Positions 32,304 through 41,134 of a stretch of 64,000 nt of DNA are shown piece by piece. The notes under the pieces were generated by a model. It saw only the letters and a list, made by a program, of their open reading frames with translations, did no database searches and was not told the DNA's origin. Position numbers and translations under genes: made by a program. The stretch comes from Chloroflexota bacterium (GTDB lineage Bacteria; Chloroflexota; Limnocylindria; Limnocylindrales; CSP1-4), in NCBI GenBank assembly GCA_012026785.1, contig VEOW01000115.1:3495-67494 (forward strand), in the 5' to 3' direction. Each line of letters begins with the position of its first letter. The stretch's first letter is position 1.

Positions 32304-35114
32304 ATGGTCAACCGTGCCGTCCGCGCCGAGCCCCGCGGCATCGGCTCCGCCCGCGCTCGCGATCAGCTCGGCCTCGAGGTTCGCCTGCTCGGCGCGCTCC
32401 TCGGACAGGTCATCGCGGAGCAGGCGGGCCCCGAGCTGTTCGAGCTCGTCGAACGGGTGCGGCGCCGGCTGGTCGGCCTGCGCCGGATGGACGATCCGGG
32501 CGAGCGGGGGCGCCTGGCGAGCGAGCTCGACGCCCTGGACCTGGACGCCAGCGAGGGTCTCGTGAAGGCCTTCTCGCTGTACTTCCGACTCGTCAACCTG
32601 GCCGAGGAACGGCAGCGCGTTCGGGCGCTCCGGCGGCGCGCACGCGCGGCGCGACATGGCGTCCTGGACGACTCGGTCGCCGAGGCCGTGACGAGGGCGG
32701 GTCCCACTCGCGCCGACCGCGAGCGGCTCGACGATCTCGTCGGCCGGCTCCACATCGAGCCCGTCCTGACGGCCCACCCGACCGAGGCCCGGCGCCGGAC
32801 CGTCCTGGTGGCGCTCCGGCGCGGCGCCGAGCTGCTGGAGCGACTGGACGATCCGCGCCTTACGCCCCACGAGGACGGCGAGCTCCGGCGGCGACTGCGC
32901 GAGGAGGTGACGATCCTGTGGCGGACCGCCGACGTGCGGGCCGAAACGCCGAGCCCGCTGGACGAGGTACGCAGCGCCATGGCCTTCTTCGACGCGACGC
33001 TGTTCGAGGTCGTGCCCCGGCTCTACCGAACGCTCGACGGTGCACTCGATCGGCCCGCGGGCTCCGGTGACCAGGCGTCCACCGGTCGGGGTTCGAACGG
33101 TCCCGCGGCCGCCAGCGGTCGAACGGGCACCCGGCCGCCCCGGTTCGACGCCTTCCTGCGGTTCGGCTCGTGGATCGGCGGCGATCGAGACGGCAACCCG
33201 TCCGTCACGGGCGCCGCGACCCTCGCGACCCTCCGGATCCACGCCGACCATGTGCTCCGCGGCTACGAGGCCGTGGCGCTCCGCCTCATGCAGACGATCT
33301 CGACCGCCACCGAGCTGTCGCCCGGGTCGGCGCTTGCCGCGCGTCTCGGGACCGACGCGGGGCTGCTGCCGGCGATGCACCGTCAGCTCGAACGGCGCTT
33401 TCCGAACGAGCCGTACCGGCGGCGCTTCGGGTACATCGCCGAGCGGCTGCGCCGGACCCGGGCGGGCCTCACCGGAGACGGACCCGAGCCCGGTTCGTAC
33501 GGGGCGCCGGCCGTGCTCGACGCGGAGCTGGTCGAGGTGCAGCGGGCCCTGGTTGCCGATCGCCTCGAGCGCGTCGCCTACGGCCCGGTCCAAGAGCTTC
33601 GCTGGCAGGTGGCGACGTTCGGTTTCCACCTCGCCTCGCTCGACATCCGTCAGCACGCCGGGGTCCATCGTGCGGCCCTTGCGGCCACCGAGCGCGGCGC
33701 AGCGCGGGACGAGGAGATCGCGCCCGGCGTGACGCTTGCCGAGGTCCTCGACACGTTCCGCGCGATCGGCGAGGCGCAGGCGAGGTTCGGCGAGGCGGCC
33801 TGCCACCGCGTCGTCGTCAGCTTCACGGCCGCACCGCGGGACGTCACCGACGTGCTGGAGCTTGCCCGGCGCTCGTCGGACGGGTCGTCGCACGCCGGTC
33901 GGGCCCTCGCGGACCGCCTCGACGTCGTGCCGCTGTTCGAGTCGGCCAATGCCCTGCGGCAGGCGGGGGCACTTCTGGCGGCGCTCCTCGACGATCCTGC
34001 CTACCTGGCCCACCTGGAACGGCGGGACCGGCGCCAGGAGGTCATGCTGGGCTACTCCGACTCGAACAAGGAGTCGGGCTTCCTCGCGGCCGGCTGGCTG
34101 CTGCACCAGGCCCAGGCGCGGCTCGCCGAGGTCGCCCGCGAAGCCGGCGTGGAGCTGACGCTGTTCCACGGCCGCGGCGGGGCGATCGGTCGCGGCGGCG
34201 GCCCGGCCAACCGGGCCATCCTTGGCCAGGCGCCGGGATCGATCGATGGCCGGATCCGGCTGACCGAGCAGGGCGAGGTCATCGCGGCCCACTACGCCAA
34301 CCCGGCGATCGCCCTTCGCCAGCTCGAGCAGCTGACGGCCGCCGTGATCGTCGCCTCGACACCGGCGCACACGGCGGCCCTTGCGGCGGCGATCGAACGG
34401 GGCGCCGTCCTCATGGACGAGCTGGCGGAGATCTCGCGCCGGGCCTACCGATCGCTCGTCCACGACGACCCCGGGTTCGCGGCCTTCTTCCGGGCTGTCA
34501 CCCCGATCTCCGAGATCTCGGAGATGCGGATCGGATCGCGGCCCGCGGCCCGGCAGCGAGGCGGCGGCGAGGTGCCCTCGATCGACGAGCTGCGGGCGAT
34601 CCCTTGGACGTTCGCCTGGGCCCAGTCGCGGATCGATCTGCCCGGGTGGTACGGCCTCGGGACCGCGTTGGCGTCCGTTCGAAAAGCCCATGGCGAGGGC
34701 ACGCTCGACCGGCTCGGCGGGCTGTACCGCTCGTGGCCGTTTCTTCGAAGCATCCTGGACAATGCCGAGCTGGCACTGGCGAAGGCCGACATGGGCATCG
34801 GACGCCGGTATGCAGACCTGGCATCCGGGAATGCCGACCGGCGGCGTTGGGCAGCTATCGAGGCGGAGCACGAGCGGTCAGCCGAACTGCTGCTTCGCGT
34901 GACCGGCCGCGCCCGGCTGCTCGACGGCGCGCCGGTCCTGCAGCGGGCCATCGCGCTGCGGAATCCCTACGTTGACGCGCTCTCGGAGATCCAGGTCCGG
35001 AGCCTGCCGCGACTTCGCTCCGCCGAGCTGGACCAGGCAGAACGAGCCCGGCTCCTGCGACTCGTCCAAGCGACCGTCAGCGGCGTCTCGGCCGGCCTCC
35101 AGGGCACTGGGTAG
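32304..35114 (+). CDS. ppc: Phosphoenolpyruvate carboxylase
   Basis: VLTAHPTE, SWIGGDRDGNP, QEVMLGYSDSNK, FHGRGGAIGRGGGP, LRAIPW, LRNPY. Confidence 0.97.
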   Translation: MVNRAVRAEPRGIGSARARDQLGLEVRLLGALLGQVIAEQAGPELFELVERVRRRLVGLRRMDDPGERGRLASELDALDLDASEGLVKAFSLYFRLVNLAEERQRVRALRRRARAARHGVLDDSVAEAVTRAGPTRADRERLDDLVGRLHIEPVLTAHPTEARRRTVLVALRRGAELLERLDDPRLTPHEDGELRRRLREEVTILWRTADVRAETPSPLDEVRSAMAFFDATLFEVVPRLYRTLDGALDRPAGSGDQASTGRGSNGPAAASGRTGTRPPRFDAFLRFGSWIGGDRDGNPSVTGAATLATLRIHADHVLRGYEAVALRLMQTISTATELSPGSALAARLGTDAGLLPAMHRQLERRFPNEPYRRRFGYIAERLRRTRAGLTGDGPEPGSYGAPAVLDAELVEVQRALVADRLERVAYGPVQELRWQVATFGFHLASLDIRQHAGVHRAALAATERGAARDEEIAPGVTLAEVLDTFRAIGEAQARFGEAACHRVVVSFTAAPRDVTDVLELARRSSDGSSHAGRALADRLDVVPLFESANALRQAGALLAALLDDPAYLAHLERRDRRQEVMLGYSDSNKESGFLAAGWLLHQAQARLAEVAREAGVELTLFHGRGGAIGRGGGPANRAILGQAPGSIDGRIRLTEQGEVIAAHYANPAIALRQLEQLTAAVIVASTPAHTAALAAAIERGAVLMDELAEISRRAYRSLVHDDPGFAAFFRAVTPISEISEMRIGSRPAARQRGGGEVPSIDELRAIPWTFAWAQSRIDLPGWYGLGTALASVRKAHGEGTLDRLGGLYRSWPFLRSILDNAELALAKADMGIGRRYADLASGNADRRRWAAIEAEHERSAELLLRVTGRARLLDGAPVLQRAIALRNPYVDALSEIQVRSLPRLRSAELDQAERARLLRLVQATVSGVSAGLQGTG

Positions 35115-35123
35115 GGCCCTTCT

Positions 35124-35152
35124 TTGACTCGGGGGCGGCTTCCGGGTATAGT
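35124..35152 (+). promoter_or_regulatory. Sigma70 promoter of tRNA-fMet
   Basis: TTGACT, 17 nt, TATAGT. Confidence 0.8.
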
Positions 35153-35162
35153 TGATGGCCTT

Positions 35163-35237
35163 CGCGGGGTGGAGCAGCGGCAGCTCGTCGGGCTCATAAC
35201 CCGAAGGTCAGGGGTTCGAATCCCCTCCCCGCAACCA
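35163..35237 (+). tRNA. Initiator tRNA-fMet (CAT)
   Basis: C1:A72 mismatch, GGG/CCC anticodon stem, loop CTCATAA, TTCGAAT, CCA end. Confidence 0.97.
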
Positions 35238-35250
35238 CCGAATTCCCCTC

Positions 35251-35288
35251 AGAACCCCGGGCCCCGACCACCCGGGGTTCTTCCTTTC
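35251..35288 (+). terminator. Intrinsic terminator after tRNA-fMet
   Basis: AGAACCCCGGG / CCCGGGGTTCT stem followed by TCCTTTC. Confidence 0.8.
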
Positions 35289-35504
35289 GCGCGGCGTCCG
35301 CTCTTCCCTGCCGTGAGGCGGATTAGGGGATGGACACTCCCGAATGCGGCATGGATAATCGGTAATCGATTCTCGAGTTTCCATTGTCGAGCGCATGCGT
35401 GTCGGGCGGCGAAAGGCGTCGTACGAATGCCTGGCATCGCGCCTATTGACTAATGCGCAGCCGCGTACGAGCGCTCAGCGCGGCCGTCACGGGAGGGCGA
35501 TCTC

Positions 35505-36836
35505 ATGGATTCCAGGACTTCCCCGGGTGGCCGAGCGCATCGCGATTCGGAAGCCGATGACGACGCCGCCTCCCAGTCCGCGGGCCAGTCTCGGCGGAAC
35601 TTCCTGAAGGCTGCGGCAATGGCCGGGGCAGGTGCCGTCGTGGCCGGGGCCATCCCGGCGGCGGCGGCCGGCTCGTCGCCAACAAGCCGTCGCGACGCAT
35701 TGACGCCCAAGCCATTGACCGCACCGAAAGCCGCCCGCCCGGGCGTCGCCCGGATCGACACCGTTCTCGGCGAGGTCGATCCGAGCAGCATCGGCAAGGT
35801 CCTGGCTCACGAACACCTATACGTCGACTTCATGCTCTTCTTCGCGCTCGATCACCCCGGCTATCTGAAGCCGGTTGGTGGGTTCGACGCGGCGATTGAC
35901 GTCATCTCTGAGTACGTCATGGACGTGAAGGACCAGGGCGTCGAGTTGATCATCGATTGGGGCTGTATGGGCGTTGGCCGGAGTGCTGACACGGCTCGGA
36001 AGGTGGCACAGCGTACAGGCGTCAACGTGGCGATTCCGACCGGCATCTACAAGTGGCTGCTCGAGCCTCGGTTCGATGGCTGGTCGGTGGATCAGCTGAC
36101 GGACTTCATGATCGAGGAGTTCAAGCATGGGATCGACGACACCGGCATCAAGCCGGCGTTCGTCAAGCTCGGTGCCGACCCGGTCCCGACCGCGATTGAG
36201 ACCAAGATCCACCATGCTGCTACTCAGGCGGCCGCCGAGGTCAATGCAACCGTCGCCTGCCACTTGCCGTTCCCTCTTGACGCGAGAACGGACACGGAGA
36301 TCGCGCGGGCACGCCAGATCTGGAACATCGCCCGCTCCGCCGGGGTCAAGCCCGATCGATTCGTCTGGGGCCATGCGAACGGCGCCATCAAAGCCGACAA
36401 GGTCAGCTCTGCCCACCTGGACTCTGCCCGAGCGCAGTACTTCGAGTTGGCCGCAGAGGGCATCACACTGCAGTTCGACGCCGTTGGCTCGGACCCGACG
36501 AATGGCGCGGACCCATGGTTCGGCGGCCCGACGGACCCGGATGTCTTCCTGGACGTCCTCGAGAAGTTCGTCGCTCAGGGCTATGGCGACCGGGTGATGA
36601 TCTCCAACGATTGCTCCGTCTACGTCAACCCCGGCGGCGGGATCGGAGGCGAGCTTCTGGCTGACTACACGTCGGCGGGCCTACCGAACTGGCAGTATCC
36701 ACGTGACATCCGGTATCTATTCGGTACCTTCGAGGCGCTGCTCGTGGCCCGGATCGGGAGCGACGCAGCGACGCAGATCCTCAGCCAGACGCCGGCGCGG
36801 GTCTTCAGCCGGGTCCGCACCCCCAGCATCGACTGA
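35505..36836 (+). CDS. Tat-exported phosphotriesterase-family amidohydrolase
   Basis: SRRNFLK twin-arginine signal; IDTVLG, AHEHL, GVGR, TGIKPAFVKLG, two later His, ISND. Confidence 0.85.
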   Translation: MDSRTSPGGRAHRDSEADDDAASQSAGQSRRNFLKAAAMAGAGAVVAGAIPAAAAGSSPTSRRDALTPKPLTAPKAARPGVARIDTVLGEVDPSSIGKVLAHEHLYVDFMLFFALDHPGYLKPVGGFDAAIDVISEYVMDVKDQGVELIIDWGCMGVGRSADTARKVAQRTGVNVAIPTGIYKWLLEPRFDGWSVDQLTDFMIEEFKHGIDDTGIKPAFVKLGADPVPTAIETKIHHAATQAAAEVNATVACHLPFPLDARTDTEIARARQIWNIARSAGVKPDRFVWGHANGAIKADKVSSAHLDSARAQYFELAAEGITLQFDAVGSDPTNGADPWFGGPTDPDVFLDVLEKFVAQGYGDRVMISNDCSVYVNPGGGIGGELLADYTSAGLPNWQYPRDIRYLFGTFEALLVARIGSDAATQILSQTPARVFSRVRTPSID

Positions 36837-36874
36837 CGCTGGTCGCGCGAGCGCTCGGGCGGAGGATCTCGCAA

Positions 36875-37624
36875 CTACTCCCAGCGGAATAGGCGGGAGG
36901 CCGCGATGGCGGCGGCCAAGGCCCACGCGGCCAGCACGGCTGCGGAGGGCAGGGCTTGGCCCGAGCCGGCAAACGAGATTCGCAGCAGCTCGGCGAGGGC
37001 GGTCGCCGGCAGGACTGCCGCGAGGGGCTGGAGCACGGCCGGCAGGTGGTCGACCGGCAGGACGATCCCGCCGAGCATCAGGAACGCCAGGAGAAGGCCA
37101 TTGGCCAGGGCCAGCGTCGCCTCAGCTCGAAGGGTGCCCGCCATCAGCAGCCCCAAGCCGGCGAAGGCGGCGGTCCCGAGGGCGATCGCCGCAATGGCCA
37201 GCGGAGGCGACCAGACCGGTCCAGGCGCCCAGTCGAGGGCGACGACGGCGACCCCGAGAAGCACAACGACCTGCAGCACCACGATCACCAGGACAGCCAC
37301 CAGCTTCGCCCCGACGACGAGAGATGCATGGATCGGCGCGCCGCCAAGGCGCTTCAGGACGCCGTAGGCCCGTTCGAAGGCCGTCGAGATGCCCAGGCTC
37401 ACGAAGCTGCTGGCGATGATCGCGAGCGCGATGCTGCCGGGGAGGAGGAAATCGACCGGCCGGGCACCTGTGCCGGGGATGAGGCCCGTCGAGGCGAAGA
37501 ACAGCAGCACGGCGGGCGGCACGAGCATCGAGATGAGCACGTTCTCGTCGCGCCGCGCGGCGAGCCGGAGCTCCATGGCGGTGAGCGCCGCGAGGGCCCG
37601 ACTGGACGAGGCAGGCTGACTCAC
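36875..37624 (-). CDS. ABC-2 type permease
   Basis: MELRLAARR, FLLPG, FERAYGVLKRLG; about six TM helices. Confidence 0.88.
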   Translation of the reverse strand: MSQPASSSRALAALTAMELRLAARRDENVLISMLVPPAVLLFFASTGLIPGTGARPVDFLLPGSIALAIIASSFVSLGISTAFERAYGVLKRLGGAPIHASLVVGAKLVAVLVIVVLQVVVLLGVAVVALDWAPGPVWSPPLAIAAIALGTAAFAGLGLLMAGTLRAEATLALANGLLLAFLMLGGIVLPVDHLPAVLQPLAAVLPATALAELLRISFAGSGQALPSAAVLAAWALAAAIAASRLFRWE

Positions 37625-38594
37625 GCCGAGTCTTCCACGCCGGTGTCGCCGGTCAGCTCCAGGTACCGTTCCTCGAGGCTCGCCGACCCGCTCCGGAGCT
37701 GCAGGATCAGGAGCCCCTCCCGAGCCGCCCAGCTGGCGACCGTGGCGATCGCGTCGGCCGCCTGGAGCCCCGGTGCGATGGAGAGCTCGTTCGTCCGGCC
37801 CTCATCCACGGCGACGGGTGCGGGCGATCCGGGAGCGAGGGCCCGGCCGAGCCGGGCGAGGGCCGCGGGCTCGGGCGCGGCGTGGAGCCGGACGCGAATG
37901 CCGGCCGTGCCCGCATCGGCCATGAGGGCGGCCGGCGCGCCCTCGGCCAGGATCCGACCCGACGCCAGGATCACGACCCGGTCGGCCAGCTCCTCGGCGT
38001 CGGCGAGGTCGTGCGTCGTCAGCAGGATTGCCCGCCCCTCGGCTCGAAGCCGCTCGATCAGCGCCCGGGCGCCGCGTCGCGCCTCGGGGTCGAGGCCGGC
38101 CGTCGGCTCGTCGAGAATCAGCACCTCGGGATTGCCGACGAGCGCGATGGCGAGCGCGAGGCGCTGACGCTCGCCGCCCGAGAGCCGCCGGATCGGACGA
38201 GCTGCGACGGTCTCGAGGCCGACCGAGGCCAGGAGCTCGTCGGGATCGTGGCCACCCTCGTGCAGTGCCGAGAAGAGCCGCAGCGATTCTCGCGCCGTTG
38301 CTCGCGGCTGGAGGCCCTCCCCGCCCTGCAGCATGAACCCGACGCGCGCCCGCAGCGCCGCCCCACCCGCTCGGGGCTCCCGGCCGCGCACGCGGACCGC
38401 CCCGCCGTCGGGGGTTCGATAGCCCTCGATGATCTCGACCTCGTCGTCTTGCCGGCACCGTTCGGACCGAGGAGGGCGACGAGCTCGCCAGGCCGGACCG
38501 CGAGATCGATCCCGTCGAGGACGGTCCTGCCGCCGTAGCGCTTGACGAGCCCCGCGACCTCGATGGCCGCGGGCGCGAGGGCCGCCTGGGTCAC
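37621..38594 (-). pseudogene. ABC transporter ATP-binding protein, frameshifted near 38440 (probably 1-nt deletion or sequencing error)
   Basis: Walker [10 protein letters not shown] is in one frame; VEIIEGY...LSGGERQRL...LDEPT continues in another. ACGACGAGGTC lacks one C of ACG ACG ACG GTC. Confidence 0.8.
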
Positions 38595-39064
38595 GAATCG
38601 GGCGCGATCAGCGCGTACTGGCGCTCGAAGTCGGCGTCGGTGACCTCGCCGACCTGGATGGCTCGAAGGATCCCCGCCGGGTCGATGAAGTACGTCTGCG
38701 GCCGCGCGGCCACGCGGTACGCGCGCCGAATGGCGCCGTCGGGGTCGTCGACCGTCGGCCAGGTTGCGCCCATCTCGGCGATGAAGTCTCGAGCCGGCGC
38801 GACCGGGTCGAACGTCAGGATTCCGACGATCGCCAGGCCGTCCTCGGCATGCTCGGTGAGCTTCGACTTGAAGAGCGGGAACTCGTCCCGGCAGGGCACG
38901 CACGACGGGCCCCAGAAGTTGAGGATGACGGGACGACCGCGCAGCGACGCGAGATCGAATGAGTCGCCGTCGAGGGTCGTCCCGAGGACCGCCGGCGCGG
39001 CCTGGCCCTTGGCGATGAGCCCGGATTCCGAACTGCCCGGCCCACACGCCACGAGGGCGAGCAA
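38591..39064 (-). CDS. TlpA/ResA-family thiol-disulfide oxidoreductase lipoprotein (start uncertain)
   Basis: LVAC lipobox, [21 protein letters not shown], cis-Pro in RPQTYFID. Confidence 0.88.
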   Translation of the reverse strand: MLALVACGPGSSESGLIAKGQAAPAVLGTTLDGDSFDLASLRGRPVILNFWGPSCVPCRDEFPLFKSKLTEHAEDGLAIVGILTFDPVAPARDFIAEMGATWPTVDDPDGAIRRAYRVAARPQTYFIDPAGILRAIQVGEVTDADFERQYALIAPDS

Positions 39065-39168
39065 CGCCAGGACGGCGAACCCGAGTGGGCCGAGGGAGGC
39101 GGGCCGGCGGCGCCGGCGGAATGCGGAGGTCGTGGTGTGCCTGCCTGTGCGGCCCCGCGATGGCGGTG

Positions 39169-40251
39169 CTACCGGACGATCAGCGTCCCGGTCATCGCGG
39201 GGATCGGATGGACGGAGCAGATGAAGACGTATTCACCGGCTTCGAGCGGGGTGTACTGGTAGATCTGGGATTCTCCGCCCTCGGTGTGCGGCGTGTCCTG
39301 CAGCACCCCGCCGCCCCCGTCGCGGATGTCGATGTCGTGCGGGACCGACGGAGGGTCCTCGTTTCGAAGCTCGATCGCGAACGGCTCGCCGGCAGGGACC
39401 TCGATCTCGTGGGTGTCGAAGGCGATGTCCTTGGCGACGACGATGATCGTCCCGGGTGGCGCACTGGCCTGGCCGCTTGGCGCCGGCGAACCGCCGGGCC
39501 CGCCGGCCGCCTCGTCGGGGCCCTGGATCGGCAGGATTCCGAGCTGGAACAGGCCAACGAGCACGAACGCCACGGCGAACAGCTGCAGCCAGGTCGCCGG
39601 CCAGCGTTTCGGGGGCGGGTTCTCGAGGTGGCCGGTCGCGTCGGCCTCCTCGACCTTTCGATACTCGGCCGTGAAGTCGCCGAGCCAGCCGACGAGCGTC
39701 CAGGTGAGGAAGACCGCGGCCAGCACGAGGACCCAGCCGCCGAAGACGAGGCCGGCCATCAGGGCAAACGCCCCGAGGGAGGCGAGCAACGGGCGGATCG
39801 ATGGCCCGGGCATGTGGACGCCCGGTGGGGGTCCCTCGTGGACGACCGCCGGCAACGCCGTCGGGGACTCCAGGCGGTCGTATTCGCGAACCGCCTCCCG
39901 GCCCCAGACGAGCATCGTGGCGATGAGGAGGACAACGCCGATCCACAGGAATGCACCGCCGGCCACGAGCCCGAAGAACAGGGCCCCGGCGCCGAGGGCG
40001 ACGAGGATCGGGGACGCCGATGGACCGGGCATGTGGAGGTGCCTCGGCGTGACCGGCGTCACCCGCGCCGGCGCCCGGCGCGTCGGGCCGGCGGTCGCGA
40101 AGCGTCGGATGGTCCAGCCGAAGTACAGGAGCACCAGGAGCGCCAGCAGCAGCGGGATGCGGGCGACCAGCTCGCTCCAATCGGGGGTGATGAACGTTGC
40201 CGCGAGGTCGAGCAGCGTCTGCACCAGGTCCTTCGGCGCCTCGGTCTCCAT
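39169..40251 (-). CDS. Membrane protein with two subunit-IV (CtaF)-like repeats and a C-terminal type-1 cupredoxin
   Basis: Two HMPGPSxxP plus 2-TM repeats; PHD...[15 protein letters not shown]. Confidence 0.8.
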   Translation of the reverse strand: METEAPKDLVQTLLDLAATFITPDWSELVARIPLLLALLVLLYFGWTIRRFATAGPTRRAPARVTPVTPRHLHMPGPSASPILVALGAGALFFGLVAGGAFLWIGVVLLIATMLVWGREAVREYDRLESPTALPAVVHEGPPPGVHMPGPSIRPLLASLGAFALMAGLVFGGWVLVLAAVFLTWTLVGWLGDFTAEYRKVEEADATGHLENPPPKRWPATWLQLFAVAFVLVGLFQLGILPIQGPDEAAGGPGGSPAPSGQASAPPGTIIVVAKDIAFDTHEIEVPAGEPFAIELRNEDPPSVPHDIDIRDGGGGVLQDTPHTEGGESQIYQYTPLEAGEYVFICSVHPIPAMTGTLIVR

Positions 40252-40281
40252 TCGCCCTGCCTGCCTGCCGCGCGGCCCGGC

Positions 40282-40479
40282 CTACTCGCCCGGCTCGGAC
40301 GGCCCGGTGTGCAGCACGAAGGCCATGATCCCGAGGGCCACGCCAAGGGCGAACAGCATCGTCACGCCGGCCCACTCAACGTGGTAGCCGAGGACCGGCG
40401 CGAATGCCGCGTAGGCGATCGCGATCAGGATCGTGCCACCTGCGATCAGGCCGGCGATGAGGTTCCTGCTCAGGAGCAT
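40282..40479 (-). CDS. Small 2-TM protein, probable oxidase accessory subunit
   Basis: 65 hydrophobic residues with EWAGVTML, inside the oxidase operon. Confidence 0.65.
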   Translation of the reverse strand: MLLSRNLIAGLIAGGTILIAIAYAAFAPVLGYHVEWAGVTMLFALGVALGIMAFVLHTGPSEPGE

Positions 40480-40492
40480 CCGAGCCTCGCGC

Positions 40493-41134
40493 TTACAGGA
40501 GGTAGAGGACCGAGAAGAGCACGATCCACACGACGTCGACGAAGTGCCAGTACAGCGAGACCGCCTCGACCGCGTCGTGATGGCGTGACGAGAACTGGCC
40601 GAGCATGCCGCGGTACAGGATGACGCCGAGCATCAGGACGCCGCCGAAGACGTGCGCGCCGTGGAAGCCGGTCAGCGTGAAGTAGGTCGTTCCAAACGCA
40701 CCGGAGCCCATCGTCAGGCCCTCAGAGAACAGGATCGAGTAGTCGACCGCCTGCAGGCCCAGGAAGATCACACCGAGTACGAAGGTGACGGTGATGTTGC
40801 GAATGAACCCGGTCCGGTCGCCGCGCCGGATCGACCACACCGCGAACTGGCAGGTGAACGAGCTGGCGACGAGGATGATCGTCGCCACCAGGATCAACGA
40901 CAACGGATCCAGCAGTCCCTGGAACTCGGCCGGCGGCCACGGCTGGTTGGCGGCCCGTGTCGCGAAGTAGGCGGCGAACAGGCCCGAGAAGAACATCACC
41001 TCCGAGGTGATGAACAGCAACATCCCGAGGACGGGATTGCTGATGCCCCGGCTCGCGGCGTGGCCGGCGACGGCCGTCCCGTGCGAGGCGCCGTGGGCCT
41101 CGCTCGCGGCGACCGCGCGACTCTCGGCGGTCAT
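40493..41134 (-). CDS. ctaE: Heme-copper oxidase subunit III
   Basis: LFITSEVMFF, LTGFHGAHV, YWHFVDVVW. Confidence 0.95.
   Translation of the reverse strand: MTAESRAVAASEAHGASHGTAVAGHAASRGISNPVLGMLLFITSEVMFFSGLFAAYFATRAANQPWPPAEFQGLLDPLSLILVATIILVASSFTCQFAVWSIRRGDRTGFIRNITVTFVLGVIFLGLQAVDYSILFSEGLTMGSGAFGTTYFTLTGFHGAHVFGGVLMLGVILYRGMLGQFSSRHHDAVEAVSLYWHFVDVVWIVLFSVLYLL

Noticed and set aside
35163..36880. att-bounded island at tRNA-fMet
   Set aside because: Only a 6-nt match (CGCAAC near 36870) to the tRNA end, and no integrase.
38430..38450. Programmed ribosomal frameshift in the ABC ATPase
   Set aside because: No slippery heptamer; a missing C in an ACG triplet repeat explains it.
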